Positions 1 to 9,861 of a stretch of DNA of 64,000 nt are shown here, piece by piece. The notes below the pieces were generated by a model. The model was not told the origin of the DNA and searched no databases. It worked only from the letters and a program-made list of their open reading frames with translations. Made by a program: the position numbers and the translations under genes. The first letter of the stretch is position 1. The number at the start of each line of letters is the position of its first letter. The DNA is taken from the IMG/VR virus record IMGVR_UViG_3300042564_005059, positions 31,428 to 95,427 of that record. One strand, 5' to 3'. This DNA is from a virus (taxonomy: Duplodnaviria > Caudoviricetes).

Positions 1-99
1 ATTATCACCATAAACAACACCTTCATTTAATTTTGATTTGTTTCTGTTTAGTGATTTTAATAATGCTTGTTCAGCTATTTTTCTGTAATTGCTCATATA

Positions 100-1044
100 T
101 TACTTTATGTCTTTTTTCTTTATAGTTTTTATTACTCTATTTTCCATAACTGGTTGCTGTTGTGGTTGTGAACCAGTTTTAGCTAAATCTTTGATACCTT
201 GGACTAACCCAGAAAGTCCATTTCTAGGAACTCCAATCATTTCAGCAAATGCAGCGATAACTTCTCTTTGTGCCAACTTGTTTGTTTTAATACTCTCTAT
301 GATAGTTGCTGGAATTCTTTTTTGAATAAGACCCATTAATTTTTTAGCTTTAATAGTCATTTCTTCATCACTTTCTTGGCCAGTCAATCCAACTTCACTT
401 AACTCTTTTTTCTTAGGTGTACCAAACACTCTACCTTCAAAAAATTTTTTAAATTCATGTAACCCCATATATCTCTCATCTTCAAGCATAGTAGTAGCGG
501 CCAATTCTGGAATTGTTTTAAATTTTTTAAATTTACCAGTTTTTTCGTTTACAATAAAATGTTTAAATTCACCTAAGTTAAGACTTTCAGGTTCAGTGCT
601 TTTATTTTCACTTTCAGTTGTTAATTTTTCCATTTCAAGCATTGGTCTAGCTATTTTACTTTCAAATTCATCAACATGGTAAATCATGTTACTTCCATCT
701 TCATTTAATTCATCAAAACAATAAACACCCATGACTACATTTTTATCTGGTGTTATACCTCTTACCATTTGGTATTTTTTATCACCAAGGTTAAACGGTT
801 GAGCTATTTGTCCAGATTCAGCATCTTTTACATTTGATAAGTACTTTATCGTTGCTCTATCTTGAGGTTGAATTACATTGTCAATTTCACCAACCAAAGC
901 TGAAGATGCACTTTTAGCAGACGCTGCTTTATCAATAATAACAGTGTCGTCTTTTTTTAATTTATTAGTACCAGCCATTGTCTGAGCATCATTAGGTGAT
1001 GCGACAATATATGTGGCTTCTTTTAATTTATTTTTTGTGTTCAT
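100..1044 (-). CDS. hypothetical virion/head-associated protein
   Basis: 314 aa ORF with several [LT]xE sites (LKE, LTTE, LSE); overlaps the upstream gene in an operon. Confidence 0.7.
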   Translation of the reverse strand: MNTKNKLKEATYIVASPNDAQTMAGTNKLKKDDTVIIDKAASAKSASSALVGEIDNVIQPQDRATIKYLSNVKDAESGQIAQPFNLGDKKYQMVRGITPDKNVVMGVYCFDELNEDGSNMIYHVDEFESKIARPMLEMEKLTTESENKSTEPESLNLGEFKHFIVNEKTGKFKKFKTIPELAATTMLEDERYMGLHEFKKFFEGRVFGTPKKKELSEVGLTGQESDEEMTIKAKKLMGLIQKRIPATIIESIKTNKLAQREVIAAFAEMIGVPRNGLSGLVQGIKDLAKTGSQPQQQPVMENRVIKTIKKKDIK

Positions 1045-1441
1045 GTTTGTTTATATTATAATTCAATATTAGGTCTTTTTCGTATAATTTATCTTCAACT
1101 TCAGATAAATCTTCACCAAATTTAAAACAAATTCTTTTTTCTGGATACGTGTCATAATCGTCAATATTTTCCCAAGCCAAAGCAACTACACCATCAATAG
1201 CGTCCCAAACTGCAAATGTGTCACTATTTTGTATCACATCTAATTTTAGTTCAGATTCAAGTCTACCAACCTTTTTTATAAAAGAATCATGCGGTGGTTG
1301 TGGTCTTCCAGAAGCTGGGTATGTATCCCACTCATCACCATCTATATCTTCTGTAGTGTCAGAAAATATAAATTCATAAAGGTAATCACCTTTATAATCT
1401 TTACCCACATAGTTCACATATATCAAATATAATTCTTCCAT
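1028..1441 (-). CDS. acidic hypothetical protein
   Basis: 137 aa ORF, coupled to neighbours by start/stop overlaps. Confidence 0.75.
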   Translation of the reverse strand: MEELYLIYVNYVGKDYKGDYLYEFIFSDTTEDIDGDEWDTYPASGRPQPPHDSFIKKVGRLESELKLDVIQNSDTFAVWDAIDGVVALAWENIDDYDTYPEKRICFKFGEDLSEVEDKLYEKDLILNYNINKHEHKK

Positions 1442-3903
1442 TATTCTTCAGCTTTTGGGTCTGGTTGTGATTCTCTTTCTGGTAAGAAAGGTTTATTACG
1501 TCTAGACGGTTGAATCATAGGTGATTCTTTGGGTTTTGTTTTAGGTTCCGCTGGTAATACTAACGGTTCTTCATAGTTAAAAGTTTCGTGTAATCTCATC
1601 TTAATTTCATTTTTATCAAATATACTAAAATTTTCTGATATATTCAACCCTTCACTAGTACTTTTTTTACCCCACTTCTCACCCTTGCCTCTAGTACCAC
1701 AAGATGATGGTGTTGGGCGACACGCTGGGTATTTTCTTTTCTCACCATCTTGTCTACCACATGGTTTACATTTTTTTCTACCAGTATCTGGGTTTTTTCT
1801 ACATGTGTTGCAATCAACCCAACCACTAGAACCTTCACCACCTTTTCTAGAAAACCATCCATGAAGACCTTGTGATTTTTCTTTTGAGAAATCAGTTTTT
1901 TTAGCTTCATCTAATGAGTCTGTTTTAAATTGAATCAAATCTTCTTTATTTAAAATTTTAACTTCTATACTATCTAACCCTAAACTTAAAGCTTTTTCCA
2001 ATCTATGGGTTCCATCCAACATAGCAAATATTTTTCCATTTTCATTTTTTACAACAATAATTGGATATGATAAATCTGCTTTATTTACCCTATCTTTTGT
2101 CTTTGTAGGGTCTTCTTGTCTACCACTAAAATCATAATTTATTTTTTTAGGGTCTATATTTTTTACTGGTAAATTTTTGGCTAATTCAATAACATCACTA
2201 ACTTTAAATTTTATTTTAAAATCACTACCATCTTCAAATTTTTCATTTGTGTCCCAAACACCAGCTATCTTATCTATAGATTCATAAATTTTTAATTCAC
2301 TTAAATCTTCTTTTTTATTATTAGGCTCAACAACATTAAATGAATTTATATTCTTTGGGTTACCGTATTCTGTATTTATTTCTGGTTTTGTATATCCAAA
2401 TTTACCATACACACCATTTGGTTTAAATAAATTATCATTGTAATTAAACAATTTTGGTGGTATTGTGTTACTAGTTCTAACATTCTTAGAAACACCTTGT
2501 GGTGTGTAAGCAAAATCAATAATAACACCATTAATCATTGGTACTATATGGTCTTCCCATTCACTATCAGAAATATTATTTTCTTTTCTATATTGTTCAC
2601 TCATTGGCATATAAACATAATCTGCTTTTATACCATTTTTCTTTGCCCAATTCAACATATCTCTAGTAAAAAATGAACAATTACCTAAACTATTTTGAAT
2701 ATCATATTCTGTGTTTTTCATATATTGGTTTACAATACCACTGATTTTAGATATGTTTTCATTTACTGGTTTAGACTTGGTTTCTTCACCTTTTTGTCTT
2801 TTCTTTCTAGCATCACAATGAGCCTTTTGGCTAAAACCCCTAGGGTTATTACAGTCAATAGTTTTTTTGTAATCATTAGACCATTTCTCTTCAATAACTT
2901 CATTTAAAGCATATCCAGAGTTTATTGACCACATACCATTTTTTGGTGGTGTTGTTGGTGGAATATAATCACTATCTGGTCCTAACCTGCGAGCTAAACC
3001 CTTTTTAACCAAATCTTCCCACATGTTAAAACCATCATACTTACCTGTTTCTTTGTTATACAAGAAAATAAAATCAGATGTGAATTTATCAAAATTATTT
3101 AAATTGTTTTTCAACCATTCATTAAAATTTTGATAAAATTTTCTCATTATACCCTTACCCTTATATTCTGGATATATTTCAACTTTTTGTATTTGTAAAT
3201 TTTGATTTCCAGTTTCTTTGTCTTTATAAATAAAAGCAACAAATTTACCAACATTATTATTACCATCTAAAATTTCAATAATAAATTGATTAGCACCTTC
3301 AGTACCCTTTGATAGTTTTAAAGTAAAGTTATCAAATCTTGCAATATTTTTTAGTTTATTCATAAAATCGATAACATCTTTACCATAAATAAATCTACTT
3401 AAAGTATTTAAACTTCTAGTTAAAAATGTATCTACCTCTGCTTTTGGTTCTTGTGAAGTAATAACTTCATTAACAGATTCGTTTGATTTGTTACCCCAAT
3501 TTGCAGCACCAGCCTTACGACACTTAACAAGCGCGCCAGATGCATAAGCCGATGGCCATACATCATATCTAGCTCTAACCTTGTGATAACAAGCGTCTCT
3601 TTTAGCTTTCTTCTCACCTTCTTCAATTACTTCATCAAAATCAGTTTTTATAATTTCAACTTGTAATTCACCAGAACCCTTGATAACTCTATGAAAAGTG
3701 TCTTTAGGTATAAAGTATTCTTCACCAACGGTTAACTTTGTTGGTAATTCGTTGTCAAATTGTACCATCCAATCGTTTTCATTTAGTGGTAAAACAACTC
3801 TATCTTCATGGTCTCTATGCCACACCAATTCACTCTCAGGTATATTATCTGAAAATGTGCGTCTTATAATATTTCCATTATTTGTTTCTGTATACGGTTT
3901 CAT
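1441..3903 (-). CDS. modular polyprotein-like head protein (cupin-like N-terminus, Cys-rich modules, GNAT-like and ParB/Srx-like domains)
   Basis: ELVWHRD cupin-like start; EIYPEYKGKGI acetyl-CoA-binding-like motif; YPIIV..LDGTHRL ParB-like motif; Cys modules separated by xxE linkers. Confidence 0.65.
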   Translation of the reverse strand: MKPYTETNNGNIIRRTFSDNIPESELVWHRDHEDRVVLPLNENDWMVQFDNELPTKLTVGEEYFIPKDTFHRVIKGSGELQVEIIKTDFDEVIEEGEKKAKRDACYHKVRARYDVWPSAYASGALVKCRKAGAANWGNKSNESVNEVITSQEPKAEVDTFLTRSLNTLSRFIYGKDVIDFMNKLKNIARFDNFTLKLSKGTEGANQFIIEILDGNNNVGKFVAFIYKDKETGNQNLQIQKVEIYPEYKGKGIMRKFYQNFNEWLKNNLNNFDKFTSDFIFLYNKETGKYDGFNMWEDLVKKGLARRLGPDSDYIPPTTPPKNGMWSINSGYALNEVIEEKWSNDYKKTIDCNNPRGFSQKAHCDARKKRQKGEETKSKPVNENISKISGIVNQYMKNTEYDIQNSLGNCSFFTRDMLNWAKKNGIKADYVYMPMSEQYRKENNISDSEWEDHIVPMINGVIIDFAYTPQGVSKNVRTSNTIPPKLFNYNDNLFKPNGVYGKFGYTKPEINTEYGNPKNINSFNVVEPNNKKEDLSELKIYESIDKIAGVWDTNEKFEDGSDFKIKFKVSDVIELAKNLPVKNIDPKKINYDFSGRQEDPTKTKDRVNKADLSYPIIVVKNENGKIFAMLDGTHRLEKALSLGLDSIEVKILNKEDLIQFKTDSLDEAKKTDFSKEKSQGLHGWFSRKGGEGSSGWVDCNTCRKNPDTGRKKCKPCGRQDGEKRKYPACRPTPSSCGTRGKGEKWGKKSTSEGLNISENFSIFDKNEIKMRLHETFNYEEPLVLPAEPKTKPKESPMIQPSRRNKPFLPERESQPDPKAEE

Positions 3904-3904
3904 A

Positions 3905-4357
3905 TTACTTTTTATTTTTTTCTTGCCATTTATATGATACAGAATCTTCTTCTATAGGTCCACCCTTAGCCCATGTTCTACAAGACCTAGCTGAGTGACA
4001 TTTGAAGTGGTGCATCCAACAATAACCTAATCTACCATCATCGTCTGATATCGGACCTGGCATGCATTCATTCATTCTAGGTGATATATCAAAAGCAACG
4101 CAATTACCACATTTTGATTTTTGAGCTGCTTCAACACTGGTATCCCAATGGTCAGCTATTTTTTCCCAAAAATCAGCTGGTTCGTCAACATTTAATGGAC
4201 CATATTGTATATGTTTTTCTTTTATCGCAGAATCTCTGTTATTAGTGTTTAACTCTAAATTTTGAGTAGCTTCTGGACAGTCCATTTCTGGTTTACCCAA
4301 AAGTTGTCTATTTTTTCTTTCAATTAATAGTTTTTTGTTTTTCTCTATTCTTCCCAT
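3905..4357 (-). CDS. Cys-rich phage protein
   Basis: CGNC..C..YC..HFKC..C..W pattern. Confidence 0.7.
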   Translation of the reverse strand: MGRIEKNKKLLIERKNRQLLGKPEMDCPEATQNLELNTNNRDSAIKEKHIQYGPLNVDEPADFWEKIADHWDTSVEAAQKSKCGNCVAFDISPRMNECMPGPISDDDGRLGYCWMHHFKCHSARSCRTWAKGGPIEEDSVSYKWQEKNKK

Positions 4358-4369
4358 GACTTGTATATT

Positions 4370-5929
4370 TTACCACCAAGTACCACCACCAGATAAACCT
4401 AATAATTTAGCGTATCTTGGTAATCTACATGCCCAATACCCTGGTTTTGTTTTATCGTTTTTAGCTTTACAGTTGTGTCTGTCAGCAAACGCTTTTCTTG
4501 CTTTAGGGTCCTTCAACTTAACAGCTAAATTACCACCACCAGCTTTAGCACCAAAAGAAACTTTTTTAACTTTACCAGTCTTAGGGTTTCTAACATAAAC
4601 AAAGAATTTTTTAGAACCACCTCTTTTAGGTTTACCTAACTCTACTTTTTTACCTTGATACTCCGCTTCATTAATTGTTTCAATTTCAAAGTCTTCAAAA
4701 ATAGTGTTTAATTTAACTTTACCTTCATTAACCATAACAAAACCATTGTCATAATCTTCAACTATAAATTGGTCGTTTTCGTTTAAACTAATCAACCCTT
4801 TTTCATTTAAAGTTTTAACTTCTTTTAACAATGATTGGAATTTTTCTGAACCATATCTAAAAATAGATTCACCCAATGCTATTTCATTTGTTAAATGATA
4901 AGCCAAGTCTTTTGATACTTCAATAGGTTTATTTAATTTCATAGGTTGAGTCCATTTTGAATAATCCATTTCTTCACCAGAATCTTCATGTCTGTCATTT
5001 AAAGCACCTTCAGCAAAATGATAAACTTCTTCAACATCATCAGCCGATGTGGCAATATGGTCTAACGCCCATCCATGACCATCTGATAATAAAGCATCTA
5101 ATGAATTTTTATCCATATTTAATAATTCAGATGCAGCGTGAACAAGCGTTTTAAGGTTCTGCCAAAACATGTAATTATTTGATTCACCTATGTTTTCATT
5201 AACACGCACGCAATTTGGAACTTCTTTTCCGTTTTTTTCTTTCATACCAACTTGTTTATATCCTTTCCAACATGAGTTCATTTCATCTAATATATCATTT
5301 GAACCTGGTTGAAACATGTTATTCTTTTTTGGGTTATCTAAAAATAAATCTTCTCTTTCGTATATTTTAAAACTATCTTCTTGCACTGGTTCTTCATCAG
5401 ATGAAAAATCAAATTCATCAGCATTACCACCCCCGTTATCATCTCCACCGAAAGAATCATCTCCACCATCGGCATTATCTTGATTGTTGTTATCAAAATC
5501 TTGTGTTTCATCTTCTCCAGACTTGTTTATTTTTTTAATAATATCGTTTTTATCCTCCTCATCCATTTGAGCAGTATGTGTTGCTGAAATAACTGAATTA
5601 ATCGCAAATTTTTCTAATTCAAAATCTGGTTGACCATTATCCTTAGCAAATTGTCTAAGTGATTGTCCTAACTTACCACTCAATTGCTCAATAAATTTTT
5701 TAGGGTCTGTTTCTTCATCAGCATCAACACCAGCATCAAAAGGTTCTTTTTCAAATGACATATCACTTGATGGGTCTTCTGCTGGTGCACCACCCATAGG
5801 GTCTTCTGCTGGCATTTCTTCACCACCAAAATCGCCAAAACCAGCGTCATTAGCTGGTTCTGTCATAGGTTCAGCTGGAGCAGGCGCAGGAACGGCAGGA
5901 GCCGCTGGCGCTGGATTGTCCAACTTCAA
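4370..5929 (-). CDS. acidic modular head protein; probable C-terminal part of a -1 frameshift fusion with 5950..7053
   Basis: Only a TTG start; frame stays open upstream to the A10 run; Pro/Ala and Asp/Gly linkers, CWKGY..VPNCV and RHNC..YWAC modules. Confidence 0.7.
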   Translation of the reverse strand: MKLDNPAPAAPAVPAPAPAEPMTEPANDAGFGDFGGEEMPAEDPMGGAPAEDPSSDMSFEKEPFDAGVDADEETDPKKFIEQLSGKLGQSLRQFAKDNGQPDFELEKFAINSVISATHTAQMDEEDKNDIIKKINKSGEDETQDFDNNNQDNADGGDDSFGGDDNGGGNADEFDFSSDEEPVQEDSFKIYEREDLFLDNPKKNNMFQPGSNDILDEMNSCWKGYKQVGMKEKNGKEVPNCVRVNENIGESNNYMFWQNLKTLVHAASELLNMDKNSLDALLSDGHGWALDHIATSADDVEEVYHFAEGALNDRHEDSGEEMDYSKWTQPMKLNKPIEVSKDLAYHLTNEIALGESIFRYGSEKFQSLLKEVKTLNEKGLISLNENDQFIVEDYDNGFVMVNEGKVKLNTIFEDFEIETINEAEYQGKKVELGKPKRGGSKKFFVYVRNPKTGKVKKVSFGAKAGGGNLAVKLKDPKARKAFADRHNCKAKNDKTKPGYWACRLPRYAKLLGLSGGGTWW

Positions 5930-5949
5930 TTTGTATTTTTTACCTTCAG

Positions 5950-7053
5950 TTAAAGTTTTTTTTTTAAATCAGCAATAGCTTCTTGAATTTCTTCGATAGT
6001 CATTTCTTCATCTAAATCAACACCTCTACCTTTTAAGATATCAGCTCTAGTTACTTTACCATCACCTGTTAAATCTGGAAAATCATCAGCTTCATCAACT
6101 GGATGACCCATTTTATTTAACATAAATTTAGTCCCAGCTTCAATTTTTCTTTTAGCAAATCGCATAACGTCTTTACCAGCATCGCCTAATAATTCAATAA
6201 ATTCAGCTGCTGTCATATTATCCAATCTATCCATTAACTCATCTGTTGAATTATCTTCACCTTCAAAATTTTCGTTGGTTTTTTTCTTTTTAAGAATTTT
6301 AAAGTCTTCACCATCAATCTTACCATTTTTGTTAGCATCGATTTTTGATTGTTTACCTTTTAATTCTTCTTTGATACCTTTTTCTTTTTTAACGTCTCTA
6401 ACACATGCTTCGTATTTTTCTTTGTCTTTACGACCAACACTAGCAGTACAGATAGCCCATGGGTTATCTTTAGATTCTTCTTCATCTAAGTCTTCAGTTT
6501 CATTCAACATAGCGTCAATAGCTAACTCATACTCATTAAGAGTTACTTCTTCCATTTCATCTATGGCTTTTTTGTCAGCAACATTGTCACCACCTTCTTC
6601 TTTAGCTTTACAGTCTAAATCTTTACCTTTGGTATCGGTAATGTGTTTAGTAGCTTCTTTAGCAGCGCCTTCTGATATTAATTTATCATCAACAAATACA
6701 TTAAATGTATTAACAATATCGTAAGACTCACAAATAGAGTTAAATCTTAAGTTTAAATGTTTAGTAGCTTTAGCGTATGATGGGTAAGCTTCTTGTTTTT
6801 TATTTTGTAAACCACCAATATACTTAAAATCTTCAACAGTTAAATTTGAAGTTTTATCAGATACTTTGATATAATATTCGTGATTTTCTCTAACAATACC
6901 GTATGACTTACCATCTGGTCCAAGTTTTGTTAACTCAACTGTTGAGCGAGATAAACCCTCGTTAATAGGTGTAACACCCATAAGTTGTCTCATACGTTCG
7001 TTAATTTCGTTACCTTTAAGACCTATTGGATTAATTTTAAAATTTTTGTCCAT
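5950..7053 (-). CDS. head/scaffold-like protein with EF-hand/dockerin-like loops
   Basis: DANKNGKIDGED and DLTGDGKVTRAD loops; many INE/LNE/LDE sites; ends in a slippery run. Confidence 0.7.
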   Translation of the reverse strand: MDKNFKINPIGLKGNEINERMRQLMGVTPINEGLSRSTVELTKLGPDGKSYGIVRENHEYYIKVSDKTSNLTVEDFKYIGGLQNKKQEAYPSYAKATKHLNLRFNSICESYDIVNTFNVFVDDKLISEGAAKEATKHITDTKGKDLDCKAKEEGGDNVADKKAIDEMEEVTLNEYELAIDAMLNETEDLDEEESKDNPWAICTASVGRKDKEKYEACVRDVKKEKGIKEELKGKQSKIDANKNGKIDGEDFKILKKKKTNENFEGEDNSTDELMDRLDNMTAAEFIELLGDAGKDVMRFAKRKIEAGTKFMLNKMGHPVDEADDFPDLTGDGKVTRADILKGRGVDLDEEMTIEEIQEAIADLKKKL

Positions 7054-7092
7054 AGTTTTATTTTTTCTTTTGTTTTATTAAATTATTTTTTT

Positions 7093-7338
7093 TTATGGTA
7101 AATTAGGCGAACCTAAATATACGTTCTGATTATCGCCTAATAAAAAACAACCAGAACCACCACTTATGGTTCTTATTGTTATAGTAATTGACGATGACGC
7201 CCCAACACTAACAGAAATACCATTAATTGTTGCAGTACAACCAGCTGAACCACCATATATTGTAGTATACGTGTGAGCTGTTGTATTTGCAGATAATGCG
7301 GGTACTATTATACTATATACATCGTTATTTCTTGGCAT
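7093..7338 (-). CDS. small beta-rich virion protein (paralog of 8913..9275)
   Basis: GGSAGC..INGISV..IRTISGGSGCFLLGD matches the paralog. Confidence 0.7.
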   Translation of the reverse strand: MPRNNDVYSIIVPALSANTTAHTYTTIYGGSAGCTATINGISVSVGASSSITITIRTISGGSGCFLLGDNQNVYLGSPNLP

Positions 7339-7401
7339 AATTTTTCTTTTACTTATAAATATAATTATTTTTTCATTTATTCTAATATTATTAAAAATAT
7401 A

Positions 7402-7698
7402 TTAGAATCCGTAAAAACCATGAACTGGGTTTTTAGGGAATATTTCTGTGTCACCAAAATTAAAATCAATTTCGCTTAACACATCGTAATGATAACCATC
7501 AATGTATGTTGGTGGTGTTACCTCATTACCTTCATTATCATAAACACCATCAGTTAAAGTTATTAAACCAATGGCAACAACTGCACATACACCTTCACCA
7601 TAAACTAAACCGTCATTAGTGTTAATGTAAATACCCTTGTTAATAAAATCAGCCATAGCTGATTCACTATTTTCATATTTTAATTTATATGCTTTCAT
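7402..7698 (-). CDS. fibre-associated small protein
   Basis: Follows the fibre gene; YDxEGNEVTPP..GYH..PKNP pattern typical of genes next to phage fibres. Confidence 0.6.
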   Translation of the reverse strand: MKAYKLKYENSESAMADFINKGIYINTNDGLVYGEGVCAVVAIGLITLTDGVYDNEGNEVTPPTYIDGYHYDVLSEIDFNFGDTEIFPKNPVHGFYGF

Positions 7699-7699
7699 A

Positions 7700-8908
7700 T
7701 TATATATTTGTTAAAGATATTGCTTCTTCATCAGTTAATGGTATTGGAAATATAGCCATTGTTTTTATATATTTAGGAATGTCCGTACCATTACCAACTA
7801 AATAATTTAATGATGTAGAACCAGAAAAAGCCGAATTAGTTACTACTTTAGACCCATTGGTAAACACATTTAAATTAGTACCATCCCAAGTCATTACCGC
7901 ACTTAAAGTGTCGGCGCTTGTGGTTAATAGTGTTGTTGGTGTACTATTTAGAACTTTAACTAATCTTAACCTAGCACTCGTACCATCATTTACAAAACGT
8001 ATTGAATCACCAGTAGCTGACGACCCAGAATTGGTTCCAACCCAAATAGCACCACCAGTAGCGACTCTATGTTGTGCTATGTTATTATTTATTTTTAAAT
8101 ACCATGACCCACCAGCTGCACCACCTGTAAAACCACTAATAACATCTACTATTGATTCAGTTGCTTTAGTTATAGTAGAACCAGTAGTTTTAATATAAGA
8201 TTCTGGTCTTAATGTAACTGTATTTGCAGAAGCGGCACCAGTACCGTTAGTTACCAGCATAATTGCGCTTACTTCAACCGCAGTATCTTCGTTTGTTGTT
8301 TGTTTAATAGGACCATAACTAGTACTAGCTCCATTAGATGTTCTAGTAGCACTACAATACCATAAATTGTTTCCTAAATATGTTTTGCTAATACTAGCTA
8401 TACCAGCTGTATTTTGCATACTAACATATATATCGCTGCCACCACCAGAACCAAACCTAACTTCTTGACCGTCCGTTCTTTTAGCTATAAAACTCATAGT
8501 TAGTGAATTACCAGCGGCAATCGAAGCTGCATTATAATATGTTGCTTGTATTGAATTACCAGTAAATGTTACTTTACCATTTAAACCAATACCCCAATCA
8601 TTTGCACTAAAAGTGACACCACTAATAGTACCTGCTACTGGTGTTGTAGATGGTTCTGAATCTCTAAATAGATTTGTTCTTTGTGGTTCTAATAAAATAG
8701 TTGGACATCCACCAGAAAAATCGTAGTTTAATCTAGGTATGTTAGTACCCATAATTTCATATTGTCCCGTAGAATTTATTCTAGTTGCACCACTAGCCCT
8801 TGTAAAACTAAAATCACCACTACCATTTTCTGGAATGATACTATAAATTTTTGATGTTTTATAAGCGTTAGGTGTTAATAACAACGTTGCTTTATCTAAT
8901 ATGCTCAT
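7700..8908 (-). CDS. head/tail fibre protein with lectin (LamG-like) domains
   Basis: FTRASGATR..PRL.Y..LLEPQRTNL motif; Gly/Ser/Thr-rich; C-terminal LTDEEAISLT. Confidence 0.7.
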   Translation of the reverse strand: MSILDKATLLLTPNAYKTSKIYSIIPENGSGDFSFTRASGATRINSTGQYEIMGTNIPRLNYDFSGGCPTILLEPQRTNLFRDSEPSTTPVAGTISGVTFSANDWGIGLNGKVTFTGNSIQATYYNAASIAAGNSLTMSFIAKRTDGQEVRFGSGGGSDIYVSMQNTAGIASISKTYLGNNLWYCSATRTSNGASTSYGPIKQTTNEDTAVEVSAIMLVTNGTGAASANTVTLRPESYIKTTGSTITKATESIVDVISGFTGGAAGGSWYLKINNNIAQHRVATGGAIWVGTNSGSSATGDSIRFVNDGTSARLRLVKVLNSTPTTLLTTSADTLSAVMTWDGTNLNVFTNGSKVVTNSAFSGSTSLNYLVGNGTDIPKYIKTMAIFPIPLTDEEAISLTNI

Positions 8909-8912
8909 ATAA

Positions 8913-9275
8913 TTAAATATTATTTAAATCTGTTAAAATTGTTGTAAGACATGTCTCTGATTCAAAAGTACCCTCATCTGAAGAAACTCTATTTTTAAAC
9001 GCGTCTACCATTATTTGAATTGGGTTTGAGATAAAAGGTGTGTTAATACCACCACTAACGTCAGGGTAATCACCATATAAATAACATCCAGCACCGCCAC
9101 TAACGGTTCTAACTAAAATTTCAATAGTAGAACCACTACCCATTTGTACATTAACGCCGTTTATGTTTATATTACAACCCGTTGGCCCTCCATCAACACT
9201 AGTATAGACTAAATCATATAAACCAGCGTATTGTGCTGGTATTATAAAATTACTTATATCGTTATTTATTGCCAT
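8913..9275 (-). CDS. small virion protein (paralog of 7093..7338 with a C-terminal extension)
   Basis: Visible paralogy; ATATTTAT motif upstream. Confidence 0.7.
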   Translation of the reverse strand: MAINNDISNFIIPAQYAGLYDLVYTSVDGGPTGCNININGVNVQMGSGSTIEILVRTVSGGAGCYLYGDYPDVSGGINTPFISNPIQIMVDAFKNRVSSDEGTFESETCLTTILTDLNNI

Positions 9276-9309
9276 TATACTTTTTATTATAAATATTGCT
9301 TAAAACAAA

Positions 9310-9330
9310 AAAGCATCCGAAGATGCTTTT
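9310..9330. terminator. intrinsic terminator
   Basis: aaagcatc-cgaa-gatgcttt hairpin with A/T tails. Confidence 0.75.
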
Positions 9331-9333
9331 ATT

Positions 9334-9834
9334 TTATTGTTTTTGATGTTTATTTATAACATTATAAACACTACCTAAGAGTTTTTTGTGTTTATCGCTC
9401 ATTTTTGTAATCGTTGTTTCAGTATTTATAGTTTTAGTTTTATGTGTTTCAACAACTTCTGGTCTATAAGCTGCAACAACTATAGTATCGTTAGTCACAA
9501 TAGAATGGTGTTGTTTAATAACTTTAGGTTCTGTTTTAGAACTCATAGTTGTTTTTTTTACTATCTCTGGCTCCAACCCATCAAGACTATCAAGCATTTT
9601 TTTTATCACCATAAAATCTTTTTGTTTCTGGTTATTATCAGAAACCAATTGATTATTCAATGACAACGTTTCAGTATAGTTTTTAATCAAAACGTTATAC
9701 TGGTTAGCTAATCCACTACAATCATCAGTTGACATATAAGCTGTTGCAACTGATGATAATGTGGATAAGATTACAACAACCAAAAAGGCTTGAAATCTAT
9801 GTGCTGGTTTAAGATTTTTAATTGCTTCAAACAT
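9334..9834 (-). CDS. membrane-anchored coiled-coil protein
   Basis: N-terminal hydrophobic helix AFLVVVILSTLSSVATA followed by a coiled coil. Confidence 0.65.
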   Translation of the reverse strand: MFEAIKNLKPAHRFQAFLVVVILSTLSSVATAYMSTDDCSGLANQYNVLIKNYTETLSLNNQLVSDNNQKQKDFMVIKKMLDSLDGLEPEIVKKTTMSSKTEPKVIKQHHSIVTNDTIVVAAYRPEVVETHKTKTINTETTITKMSDKHKKLLGSVYNVINKHQKQ

Positions 9835-9861
9835 GGTACTATTTTATAAATAAATATCGTG

